Translations under genes and position numbers: made by a program
Source: Terriglobales bacterium
Lineage (GTDB): Bacteria > Acidobacteriota > Terriglobia > Terriglobales > Acidobacteriaceae
Direction of reading: 5' to 3'
DNA: 64,000 nucleotides
Assembly: GCA_025934025.1 (NCBI GenBank)
Contig: JAICYU010000001.1
Coordinates: 587 to 64,586, forward strand
In this document: in pieces, positions 52,940 through 61,973 of the stretch
How the letters are laid out: each line of letters opens with the position of its first letter
Numbering within the stretch: position 1 is the stretch's first letter
Notes under the pieces: generated by a model
Told to the model about the DNA's origin: nothing
The model's database searches: none
The model's input: the letters and a program-made list of their open reading frames with translations, nothing else

Positions 52940-54433
52940 CTATTTGGTGGCTCTCAGTTCGCGAACGATTTCTTCCACCAGATCGCTTTTGATGCGTTCC
53001 ATCACGCGATGCACAGCCTGGGCAATCGTGTGATGCTCAGCGCCGGTTTCTGCCGCGGCCGTCGCTGCGGCGGCGGGAATCGCTGTTTGGAGCGTTGTGG
53101 CAACAGCATGATGGTTGGTAGAAATTTCTGGTTCTGGTGAAGGAACTTCGGTCTGAACATTCGGCACCGAAGCGAGAGCTTCGATTACAGGCGCAGCGCT
53201 CTCCTGGAAAGGAACAGAATCTTCCGCGGACATCGCAGGGAGAGGCGGAGCGGGCGGCTCAGGTACTCCGATCGTCTCTGCGCTTTCGCTAGGTTCTACA
53301 ACAGGCGAAGCCTGATGCATCACGGTTTCCGGAGCTTGCGTATACGCTGCCATTGCGGCGGCCACACGGGCTTCGAAATCCATATCGGGAGCCGCGGGCG
53401 AAGGAGCAGCCACCGTCGGCAGTTCCTGGATCTGTTCCGGCGCCTTCACTTCCTCAACTACCACGGAAGCAGATTCAACCGCGGCCGCTGGTTCTTCCAT
53501 CACAGGCGTTTCCTGAATGGTAGAAACCAGGTCTGGCTCACGCAGTTCCACAATGGTATTGCGTGTTGCTTCAGCATCTGTCTGCTGAAGCGTTGGCTCC
53601 TGCGGGATCTCTACATCGCCGATGGCTCCGGCCGTTGCACTGAACGTTTCAAACTCGGGCCGGTCAGGCTCGTAGTAAACAGGAATTTGGGGCGGAAGAA
53701 CCGGTTCCGGCTGCGGCATTTCAACGGCAACGCTCGCCTGGGGTACCGGCTCAGGCTTCCAGGAAATCGGGATCTCGTAATCGGGGACGGCTGCTGCGGC
53801 CTTAGTGAGTTCGGCAGGCGGCTTCATTTCGGCCACTACGGTCGAAGCCGGCGGTGCGAAGTTTTCCTGTACGTGTCCTGGCTCGGATCCCAGCAGATCG
53901 CTGAAAGCAGACGCTGTGGCCATGTGATCCGGAACATCAAGCGTGAAGTGTGTCTTCGTAGGCGTTGACGGCTCCGGAACTTCGCTTGCCGGCTCAGGAG
54001 CAATTGCGACTTCCGGCATGGCGGTTATGACCGCTGTCGGAGCTGCTGCGGCCGATGTTTCAGCGATGCGGTCTTCAAATTTCTTGATGATGGCAAGCAG
54101 GTCAGTGGCCTCAAAGGGCTTGATGATTACGCCATCGGCGCGAACGCGGTTGGCATCTTCCGGTCTGTACGGCTCCATCTTGCCCACGGTCAGCAAAACC
54201 GGGGTCTTGATGGTAGCCGCGGAAGAGCGCACCTTTTCGCAAACTTCGAGCCCGGTGTAGCCAGGCATGTATACGTCAAGGATGATGATGTCGGGCTTCT
54301 GCTCGGCAATCTTCTTGACAGCTGCGGCGCCATTGCTGACAGCCACCACCTCATATCCGGCCTCAGTGAGGATCTTCTTGCCCATGTTCTGGGCGGTTAC
54401 GCTGTCATCGGCAAATAGAATTCTTAGCGACAC
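52940..54433 (-). CDS. response regulator receiver protein with about 370 aa Pro/Ala/Glu/Val-rich extension
   Basis: The N-terminal REC domain is present (RILFADDSVTAQ..DIIILDVYMPGYTGLEV..LLTVGK..KPF). The rest is low complexity apart from the last about 50 aa. Confidence 0.8.
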   Translation of the reverse strand: MSLRILFADDSVTAQNMGKKILTEAGYEVVAVSNGAAAVKKIAEQKPDIIILDVYMPGYTGLEVCEKVRSSAATIKTPVLLTVGKMEPYRPEDANRVRADGVIIKPFEATDLLAIIKKFEDRIAETSAAAAPTAVITAMPEVAIAPEPASEVPEPSTPTKTHFTLDVPDHMATASAFSDLLGSEPGHVQENFAPPASTVVAEMKPPAELTKAAAAVPDYEIPISWKPEPVPQASVAVEMPQPEPVLPPQIPVYYEPDRPEFETFSATAGAIGDVEIPQEPTLQQTDAEATRNTIVELREPDLVSTIQETPVMEEPAAAVESASVVVEEVKAPEQIQELPTVAAPSPAAPDMDFEARVAAAMAAYTQAPETVMHQASPVVEPSESAETIGVPEPPAPPLPAMSAEDSVPFQESAAPVIEALASVPNVQTEVPSPEPEISTNHHAVATTLQTAIPAAAATAAAETGAEHHTIAQAVHRVMERIKSDLVEEIVRELRATK

Positions 54434-54587
54434 GTCAAAAACACCTGTAATTTCAGGGAAACGAGTGACAACTTACTGTCAATTACCTTTGAAGTCAATG
54501 GGAAGACCACCTCAGTACCTAGTGAGGCATACCTCTTATGCCCACCAAAAGTGTTGATACTCCAGTTTTACGAAACTCCGCCCCGGA

Positions 54588-55952
54588 CTAGAAAGGAATG
54601 AGCTTACGGAGTCCCTTCTTCTTTTTCTTCTTGCTGGTGCTCTCCTGCTTCGCGTCCGCTTTCGGCTTGGAATCCGTCTTGTCTGCGGACGTAGTGGCAT
54701 TCTCGGGCTGAACGCTCGGGGAAGAGTTCTGGATCTCATTCACTTGAGGCGGAGCGGCAGCGGGCGGCGTCGCGGTATTGCTTTGCGCTGAACTGCCTGG
54801 CGGCGCCTGATTCGGTGCAGGCGTTCCGGTTCCCGCTGACACAGCAGCAATTCCGACGTTTTCTTGCGATTGTCCGCTCGCTGGAGCCGGAGTTGCCGTT
54901 GCACCGATCATCTCTGCCTGTAGTTCGTGAACCAGGGCAGGCGCGCTCGCTACTTTTTCTTCCTGCAGGTTCGGTTCGCCGACTTTGGCCGCTCGTGCGA
55001 CATCGGGATGTTTCTTGAAATTGTCCATGAAACCGGTGACCATACCGCTGGATCCACGGCTCTCTTCTTCCGCTTTGCTCTGGGCCAGAGCTTCGGCCGT
55101 TGGAGTGGGTACCGGGGCATCCAGGTCCTTCAATCGCCTGCGCGCATCGTCGGCGCGGTCCATGGCCGGATATCGAGTGATGATTTTGCTGTACGCATCG
55201 ATCGCGTGCTTCTGAAATTCGGCGGTCATTTTTTCGCGGCGGGCATCCGGGATACGTACTTGTCTCTTTACCGCATCCGCTTCTCTCTCGTAAAGACCGC
55301 CCAGGTCAAAGAGCGCCTGATCAACTCTGCTGTACAGAGGATAAGAATCAATCAGCGATTCCAAGCGCGCCTGGGCTGCCGCCATGTTGCCGCGAAGATC
55401 ATAGAAGTTGGCAATCCGATACTGCCGTTCCGCCAGCACTTCTTCCACCTCGCGCAGCTTCTGCTTTGCCTCGGATACCAGAGGACTGTCAGGATACGTC
55501 TGTATTAACGTCTTGTATTCCTCCGCAGCGTGCTCGGCCTGCGCGTAGTCCCGGTCCGGCTTCTCCATCTGCTTGTAGTGAATGTTGGCGACTTTGAGCT
55601 GCGCCTCGGAAGCCTCTGGAAGATTGGGGAAGAAGGTTTGGAAATCCTTGTACTCGACTTCAGCCTGCTGTAGCGCCGTGCTGCCGCCCTCGGCGTACCA
55701 GGAGTCGCCAATCGCCAGCTTGGCCCGGGCGATGTACTCGGAATCAGGGTAAGTATTGATCAGAGTTTCCAGCAGGGTGCGAGCTTCCTGATAACGGGCG
55801 TGTTTCATGGAGTCCATGGCGCGATCAAACAGCCCTTTATCCGGCTGCTTGGAATCAATATTCGCGAGAGGATTCTGGACTTTATGATGGCAGCCGCCGA
55901 CAACGAGAAGGGCCGACGCCAGCGCCAGGACAGTAATTGATTTGCGAACCAT
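54588..55952 (-). CDS. bamD: outer membrane protein assembly factor BamD-like TPR lipoprotein with low-complexity C-terminal extension
   Basis: The lipobox is LLVVGGC. YPDSEYIARAKLAIGDSWY, YPDSPLVSEAKQKL and YPLYSRVDQALFDLG are BamD/YfiO-type repeats. Confidence 0.75.
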   Translation of the reverse strand: MVRKSITVLALASALLVVGGCHHKVQNPLANIDSKQPDKGLFDRAMDSMKHARYQEARTLLETLINTYPDSEYIARAKLAIGDSWYAEGGSTALQQAEVEYKDFQTFFPNLPEASEAQLKVANIHYKQMEKPDRDYAQAEHAAEEYKTLIQTYPDSPLVSEAKQKLREVEEVLAERQYRIANFYDLRGNMAAAQARLESLIDSYPLYSRVDQALFDLGGLYEREADAVKRQVRIPDARREKMTAEFQKHAIDAYSKIITRYPAMDRADDARRRLKDLDAPVPTPTAEALAQSKAEEESRGSSGMVTGFMDNFKKHPDVARAAKVGEPNLQEEKVASAPALVHELQAEMIGATATPAPASGQSQENVGIAAVSAGTGTPAPNQAPPGSSAQSNTATPPAAAPPQVNEIQNSSPSVQPENATTSADKTDSKPKADAKQESTSKKKKKKGLRKLIPF

Positions 55953-55974
55953 TGCTACCTCAGAACGTATAAAT

Positions 55975-56649
55975 TCACACTTTTTGCAGAGTGGCTTCGC
56001 CGGCCAGCTTCAGCAATTGCTGCGTGTTTTCTTTCGGACGGCCATGCCCAAATATGGCGTTGCCGGCAACCAGGATCTCGACTCCTGCGCGAACCGCCTC
56101 GGCAATTGTCTCTGTGCTGATGCCGCCATCAATCTCTATACGAAAGGTGGCGCGCCGAGCTGCTCGCATCATCACCAGCTTGCGAACTTTATCCAGGGTA
56201 AACGGGATAAATCTTTGCCCGCCAAAGCCCGGATTTACTGACATCACCAGGACGTGGTGGACCATTTCCAGCACTTCTTCCAGGACTCCCACCGGAGTTG
56301 CCGGATTGATCACGACTCCCGCATTCACGCCGTGGCTCTGGATCAACTCCAGCGTCCGATGGAGGTGAACGCAGGCTTCCTGGTGAACTGAGATCCAGTC
56401 TGCTCCCGCTTCAACAAACGCCGGAATAAACTGATCAGGATTCTCGATCATCAAATGCACATCCAGAGGCAGCCGTGTGACTTTTCTGAGAGACGCAACC
56501 ACCGGAGGCCCAATCGTAATATTGGGAACGAAGTGACCATCCATCACGTCAACGTGCAGCACCGTAGCGCCGCCTTCAGTTACGGCCTGAACAGCCGCAG
56601 CCAGGTGGGCAAAGTCTGCAGACAAAATAGAAGGCGCTAGCTCAATCAA
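55975..56649 (-). CDS. rpe: ribulose-phosphate 3-epimerase
   Basis: The motifs are IELAPSILSADFAHL, HVDVMDGHFVPN, MSVNPGFGGQ and IEIDGG. The TTG at 56649 gives a typical about 224 aa product, while the track ORF extends to 56823 and has an ATG at 56754. Confidence 0.85.
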   Translation of the reverse strand: MIELAPSILSADFAHLAAAVQAVTEGGATVLHVDVMDGHFVPNITIGPPVVASLRKVTRLPLDVHLMIENPDQFIPAFVEAGADWISVHQEACVHLHRTLELIQSHGVNAGVVINPATPVGVLEEVLEMVHHVLVMSVNPGFGGQRFIPFTLDKVRKLVMMRAARRATFRIEIDGGISTETIAEAVRAGVEILVAGNAIFGHGRPKENTQQLLKLAGEATLQKV

Positions 56650-56928
56650 ACTGAGTTGTCCCTGGGTGTGACCTGAAGAAAATTCTAACACGCTGGCCAG
56701 CCTCCTCTGCGCGCTAAAACCAGCAAATGCAAAGAGTTCGTGACTGTTTAACATCCGGCGAACCTTAATTCGGAGCAGATGCTGGGACTGCTTTTTTGGC
56801 TTCTCAATCGCCAAGAACACCACTTGCTGTCGCAGCGGTATGCCAACAGTAACTCCTGTGTTTTCATCACATCGTGCTAACCTTCAGCCATTGCCCTGCA
56901 CCAGCTCGGGAAGGGATTCGGAGACGAT

Positions 56929-57942
56929 TTGCCCACATTTGAAAAAGCGCCGCCTGAAATGCAGGAAATCCTGAGCAAGCCCATTCGCGATCTCGGGCTG
57001 AAGCTTGAAGGTTCGCCGCTGGAGCGCTTCGTCCAGCAACTCTATCTTGAGCTGGAGCGCAAAGGGCTTAAGAAATTCCATCCGGCGTGCTATCTCACCG
57101 ACGAGTGGGGCTGCCCTTCCGGGGAGCCGGTGATCGGCATTCCCTTTTATTTGGCCGATCCCAAGCTGGCCGACCTGGAAAAAGAAATGAACGATCTCGA
57201 AGATTCGCGCCAAATCATGATGTACCTGCGGCACGAGGCGGGACATGCCATCAACTACGCCTACGGACTCTACAAAACACCGGAATGGAAGCAGCTTTTC
57301 GGGCCCTATCGCAAACCCTACCGCGATGCCTACCGCCCAATTCCCTTCTCGCGCAAATTTGTCCGCCACATGGAGGGCTGGTACGCCCAGAAGCATCCTG
57401 ACGAGGATTTTGCGGAGACTTTCGCCGTATGGCTTACGCCGGCCTCGCGTTGGCGTAAGCGATACAAAGGATGGCCTGCGATGGAGAAGCTGCGCTACGT
57501 AGACCGCATGGCGCGGCAGTGGCGCAATGTGGATCCGCTGCGTCCGCGCGGGCGCACCGACATCACCGTGGAGCAGATGGAAACCACAGTAGCCGACTTT
57601 TACGAGGCCGCCCTGAGCCAGCAGCCTTCGCCCGGCGACCTGCCGCTCGATACCGACCTTGAAGACATCTTCAAAGTCGCGCGCCGCAGGAAAAATGGCG
57701 TTCGTCCAGCGGCGGATTTGTTGCGCGAAAATCGCAAATGGCTGGTGGACAAGCTCACCTACTGGACCGGAGTGCAGCGTCCGCTGGTGCGCAAGCTGGT
57801 GGAATCCATAGAGCAACGAGTGGCCGAACTGAATCTGCGCGCCGACATTAAACAGGAGAAAGAACACCTGACAGAGATCACGGTTTATGCCACGGCTTTG
57901 GCCATGAACTACATCACTCGCGGCAAGTTTGTGCATTCTTAG
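56929..57942 (+). CDS. putative zinc-binding metallopeptidase (HExxH; Peptidase_Mx-like)
   Basis: YLRHEAGHAINYAYG carries the HExxH motif, and HPDEDFAETFAVWL follows. The protein has no signal peptide. The TTG start at 56929 is uncertain, and an ATG lies at 56959. The mirror ORF 56884..57936 on the minus strand is rejected. Confidence 0.65.
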   Translation: MPTFEKAPPEMQEILSKPIRDLGLKLEGSPLERFVQQLYLELERKGLKKFHPACYLTDEWGCPSGEPVIGIPFYLADPKLADLEKEMNDLEDSRQIMMYLRHEAGHAINYAYGLYKTPEWKQLFGPYRKPYRDAYRPIPFSRKFVRHMEGWYAQKHPDEDFAETFAVWLTPASRWRKRYKGWPAMEKLRYVDRMARQWRNVDPLRPRGRTDITVEQMETTVADFYEAALSQQPSPGDLPLDTDLEDIFKVARRRKNGVRPAADLLRENRKWLVDKLTYWTGVQRPLVRKLVESIEQRVAELNLRADIKQEKEHLTEITVYATALAMNYITRGKFVHS

Positions 57943-57964
57943 CCGCGAACGTTAGGGAACCCAG

Positions 57965-59035
57965 ATGGATAAGAAACTCAAAGTCGCCGTGCTTTACGAA
58001 AACTGGGGATGGGAAGAAGAGCAGCCCGATCCTGAACCGGAAAAGAAGAAGCGCGGCACCAAAAAGAAACGCAGGAAACGGGAGAAGCACGACCGCGAAG
58101 AAATTTATGAGGCGCTGGAGAAGCTCGGCCACGAGCCCAGCTATGTGGTGCTCGACGGCGAGGACAAGACGCTCAACGCTCTGGCGCGCTGCGAAGCCGA
58201 CATCTTTTTCAACCTGGTTGAATCCTACTCCGGCGACGACACCAAAGAGATGCAGGTGGCCGGCTACCTCGATCTGCTGCGGAGGCTTTACACCGGCGCA
58301 GGCCCGCAAGGGCTTTACATAGCTCAGGACAAGGGCCTGGCGAAAAAGATTTTCCAGTTCCACGGCATTCGCAGCCCCTACTTCGCCATGTGCTATCAGG
58401 GAATGCTCGAGCATTCACACGACATAAAGTTCCCGCTGATCGTGAAGCCCGCATCCGAAGACGGTTCGCTGGGCATAGACAAGGATTCGGTCGTGGATAG
58501 CGTGAAGGGCCTGATGGAACGAATTCACTACGTCCAGGAGGAATTCGAGTGTCCGGCGCTCATTGAGGAATACATTGAAGGCCGCGAAATTTACGCTGCT
58601 GTGCTGGGCAACCAGCGTCCTGAAGTGCTGCCCCTGATCGAGCTTGATCTTTCCAAACTTCCCGCCGGAATGCCCAAGGTGGCCGGAATGGAAGTGAAGT
58701 GGGACAAGGATTCGGAAGCCTACAAAGTCACAAAGTCTGCGCCAGTCGAAGACCTCGATGAGGAGACGACGAAAAAGCTGAGCAGGACCGCGCTCGCTGC
58801 TTACCAGATTCTCAAGCTGCGCGATTATGGTCGCATTGACATGCGGCTGACCGATAAGGGCGAAATTTACGTCATCGAGGCGAATCCCAACCCGTGGCTC
58901 TCGAGCGAGTCAGAGTTCTTTATGGCGGCAAAGAAATCCGGCCGCAGTTATGCCGAAATGGTGGAAGAGATCCTGGATCACGTTCGCAATGACCGGCGTC
59001 GGCGCGACCGGTTAAGGATCGGGTACGCGGAGTAA
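57965..59035 (+). CDS. D-alanine--D-alanine ligase-like ATP-grasp enzyme with a KR-rich N-terminal insert
   Basis: The motifs are FPLIVKPASEDGSLGI, IEEYIEGREIYAAVLGN and YGRIDMRLTDKGEIYVIEANPNP. The gene starts 22 nt after the peptidase gene. Confidence 0.75.
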   Translation: MDKKLKVAVLYENWGWEEEQPDPEPEKKKRGTKKKRRKREKHDREEIYEALEKLGHEPSYVVLDGEDKTLNALARCEADIFFNLVESYSGDDTKEMQVAGYLDLLRRLYTGAGPQGLYIAQDKGLAKKIFQFHGIRSPYFAMCYQGMLEHSHDIKFPLIVKPASEDGSLGIDKDSVVDSVKGLMERIHYVQEEFECPALIEEYIEGREIYAAVLGNQRPEVLPLIELDLSKLPAGMPKVAGMEVKWDKDSEAYKVTKSAPVEDLDEETTKKLSRTALAAYQILKLRDYGRIDMRLTDKGEIYVIEANPNPWLSSESEFFMAAKKSGRSYAEMVEEILDHVRNDRRRRDRLRIGYAE

Positions 59036-59104
59036 ACCGGCCGCAAGCGCTGTCTGAATGCAATTCGCAATGTCACCGGTCCAGTTCCCAGCAGGAACCC
59101 TGCA

Positions 59105-60127
59105 CTAGGCCGCTGCGACTGGGGCCAGCGAGCGCTGCGCGGCCTGGTGGATGAATTTCTTCATCACGTTGGCCCACATTACCTTCTTGCGCATTGCGCT
59201 TTCTTTCACGGTGCGTCCCTGAGCAAACATTCCCAGAAGGGCCTTCATCTTCAGCACTCGCAGAATCGCCGATTCTGACTGGGTGATGCCGTACGAATCG
59301 AGAAAATTCTCCTGAATCTGGCTGGTGATCAGGCGGTTGCAGAATGGATATTTCTCCAGCGCTTCAACCGAGGCCAGGAATTGGGCCACATCTTCAAAGG
59401 AGTTGCCGCGCCGCTTCATGCGGACAAAATCATTGAAGCCAACACCATTTTCCGTAACTACCACGTTCAGCGGAGTGAAATCGGCCAGCACGGCGGAGCT
59501 GGGCAGCGACTTTTTCGTCCGGGAAAGCACGTTCTTTGCTCCCGTAAGGATTACATGCACCGAGTGCTCATCCAGGCCTTCCTCAAGACAGCTTTGGCAG
59601 AGCTTCTCCAGGTTTGAAATCAGCGCGGTTCCGTCGAAGGGCTCCGGCATGTCGGAAGTGGATTTGTGAAACGCGCGCAGCCATTCTCCCGAGCGCCGCG
59701 CCACGAGGGCTATGCTGCCGTTATCGGCGAATCCGGGGAGCAGGGCGGCTTTCATGATGATGGATTGCAGCGGCAATCCGGAAATTTTTTCCGTCACCAC
59801 CGCGCCGAATTCGCTGTGGTCACCCAGAGGACGCGGCACGCCGGTCTGCTTCTTCTTGAGCATCGCCTGGTAGGCGTATTCCAGATTTGCGCTTTCCTGC
59901 CGCGCCAGCGCTTTGCCTTGCCCGCCGCACTTGTTATTGCGATATATCTTGATGGCCAGCCGTTCCGATCCGTCGGCAAAATCGGCGCAAAAGTCGTAAA
60001 TGAAATGATCGTTCTTGGGGGTATGTCCAACGACTCGTAGGTTCTGCAGCTCTCCGCGCTCCGGATAATACTGTCCCGCGTTCTCCCGCAGGGCAACAAC
60101 GATCTGGTCCAACACTGTCTCGGGCAT
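59105..60127 (-). CDS. protein kinase-like/aminoglycoside phosphotransferase-fold protein
   Basis: RLAIKIYR is VAIK-like, VLADFTPLNVVV is a degenerate HGD..N catalytic loop, and VGFNDF is DFG/DxD-like. Confidence 0.55.
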   Translation of the reverse strand: MPETVLDQIVVALRENAGQYYPERGELQNLRVVGHTPKNDHFIYDFCADFADGSERLAIKIYRNNKCGGQGKALARQESANLEYAYQAMLKKKQTGVPRPLGDHSEFGAVVTEKISGLPLQSIIMKAALLPGFADNGSIALVARRSGEWLRAFHKSTSDMPEPFDGTALISNLEKLCQSCLEEGLDEHSVHVILTGAKNVLSRTKKSLPSSAVLADFTPLNVVVTENGVGFNDFVRMKRRGNSFEDVAQFLASVEALEKYPFCNRLITSQIQENFLDSYGITQSESAILRVLKMKALLGMFAQGRTVKESAMRKKVMWANVMKKFIHQAAQRSLAPVAAA

Positions 60128-60397
60128 TCCTTCTCCTGGAATAACTGATGCGGCGCATCAAAAAGAAACTGTATGAGGGTCCAAAAAAGACAAATTGACG
60201 CATAAACCTGTATTGCAGTTGGAGGGCCATTCTGCGGGGAGTGTCTGTTGTTAAAGCACTGATTTTCAGGTAGTTACAAACTGGTCAATAGCTGAAAGGA
60301 AACGGGGTGAGTACGCCGATGCTTATATTGAGAACTTAAGAGCAGAAATATGGCGAATCTGCTCTCTCGGAAGTAAGAAGCCTTAACCCTTCCAAGG

Positions 60398-60988
60398 TTA
60401 ATAAAAGAGATACTTTCTCCACTTCAGGTCAGAGCGGCCGATCATCCGCATTATGTGGCGGCTGGTGTGGAGTGTAAACGGCCGCGGCTCCTTGAGCAGC
60501 CGCATGGAAGTTTCCAGCAGCAGATGGTTTCCCTTTTTTCGGTTGCATGGATGGCAGCAGGCCACCAGGTTCTCCCATGTGGAGGACCCTCCGCGCGAGC
60601 GCGGAATTACGTGATCCAGAGTCAGCTCACCGGACGGCAGCACCAGGCCGCAGTACTGGCAGGTATTGCGGTCACGCAGCAGGATGTTCTTGCGGGAAAG
60701 AGCGCGAGTCTGGTGCGGAATCCGGCGATACTCCAGCAGCCGGATCACCGAGGGAATCCGCATGGCAATACGCGCCGCATGGAGGTAATGGCCGTTCTCC
60801 TCCTCCGGCATGGCCAGCCCCTTCAAGACCAGCACAATCGCCCGGCGCGCTGCGCAGATATTGATGGGCTCGTACGAGGCGTTCAGCACCAGGACGGGCG
60901 TCTGCATGACCGGATTTTTCCGTTGCGGCAGGTCCGGCGGGATTTCGGGATGGCGGTGCTTGCTTTTTCCTGCGTTCCTCTCATGCAT
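60398..60988 (-). CDS. HNH endonuclease family protein
   Basis: The HNH/zinc motif is [45 protein letters not shown]. The ATG at 60988 overlaps the comF stop (ATGCATGA). An alternative ATG lies at 60907. Confidence 0.75.
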   Translation of the reverse strand: MHERNAGKSKHRHPEIPPDLPQRKNPVMQTPVLVLNASYEPINICAARRAIVLVLKGLAMPEEENGHYLHAARIAMRIPSVIRLLEYRRIPHQTRALSRKNILLRDRNTCQYCGLVLPSGELTLDHVIPRSRGGSSTWENLVACCHPCNRKKGNHLLLETSMRLLKEPRPFTLHTSRHIMRMIGRSDLKWRKYLFY

Positions 60989-61973
60989 GGCCCTGGGTTC
61001 CTCCAGCAGAAGCGGCGGCGGAGAAACTGATCTCTCGCACGGCTTCTTTTGTGGCTCTGGCAACAGTCGCCACATAAACTTCTTTAGCGCCGGCGCGAAG
61101 CAGCACGCGGGCACATTCCCCCGCCGTGGCTCCGGTGGTCATCACGTCGTCAATCAGCAGAATCGTGCGCTGGCGGATGCGCGCGCGATCAACCACGCGA
61201 AACGCGCCGCGTAGATTGGCCCGCCGCTGATGCCGCGTAAGGCCGGTCTGCGACCTGGTTTCACGCCGCCGAACCAGAGAAGTAGCATCCAGTTGGATGC
61301 TTGCTGCTGCCCCGCGGCTTCGGACAAAGCTACGCGCGATCTCCTCCGCCTGGTTAAATCCACGGTTCTTGCGCTTGCCCTCCCATAATGGAACCGGGAT
61401 CACCACCAGCGATTGGTGCACCGGCAGCCCGGCGGCAGCATGCGCAATGTAGCGCGCGAGAAGGGGCGCAGCCGACCGCACATGCTGATACTTGAAGATG
61501 TGGATAAAATCGCGCAACGCGTTTTCATAAGCGCCGTACGCAACCGCTCGCGCGAACGGCGGTGGAATGCGGCGGCACATGCCGCACAGAGGCTGCGCTT
61601 CGGCTGAGATGCGCTGCGCCAAAAGCCGCTCGCCGCAAACGCTGCAAAGCGCCCCATCAATTGGTTCGATTTTAGCGAGGCAGGTCTCGCACACTGGCAG
61701 CGTTGAAATTTTAGTAAGAGGCGACTGGCAGATGCGGCAGTCCGAAGGAAACAGGACAGAGAACAGGCTTTCAGCCGCGTGCTGCGCGGCGCGGAAGATT
61801 CCCGGCTTGTGAGGCCCTAAATCAACCCGGGTTAGGTCACCGCTACTGCTGAAGACGACCCTCCTTGCGATACAGCATGCAGGATTGCGTGGCCTAAGTA
61901 TAGCTGTGTTGCAGGCGAGGTGCAATGAAGAATCGGCCATCCGGCAGATCGGTTCATCTGCCCATCGGTTCAT
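60981..61973 (-). CDS. comF: ComF family protein (phosphoribosyltransferase domain)
   Basis: The zinc-finger N-region is [26 protein letters not shown], and the PRT motif is [14 protein letters not shown]. The start is very uncertain (61973 or 61940), and the product is longer than typical ComF proteins. Confidence 0.7.
   Translation of the reverse strand: MNRWADEPICRMADSSLHLACNTAILRPRNPACCIARRVVFSSSGDLTRVDLGPHKPGIFRAAQHAAESLFSVLFPSDCRICQSPLTKISTLPVCETCLAKIEPIDGALCSVCGERLLAQRISAEAQPLCGMCRRIPPPFARAVAYGAYENALRDFIHIFKYQHVRSAAPLLARYIAHAAAGLPVHQSLVVIPVPLWEGKRKNRGFNQAEEIARSFVRSRGAAASIQLDATSLVRRRETRSQTGLTRHQRRANLRGAFRVVDRARIRQRTILLIDDVMTTGATAGECARVLLRAGAKEVYVATVARATKEAVREISFSAAASAGGTQGHA

Noticed and set aside
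61838-61846. A perfect AAGGAGG lies on the minus strand inside the 5' part of the comF ORF and suggests a shorter comF.
   Set aside because: No in-frame ATG, GTG or TTG follows within 5-12 nt. The next in-frame codons are GTC GTC TTC AGC. I therefore left the start unresolved rather than re-annotating it.
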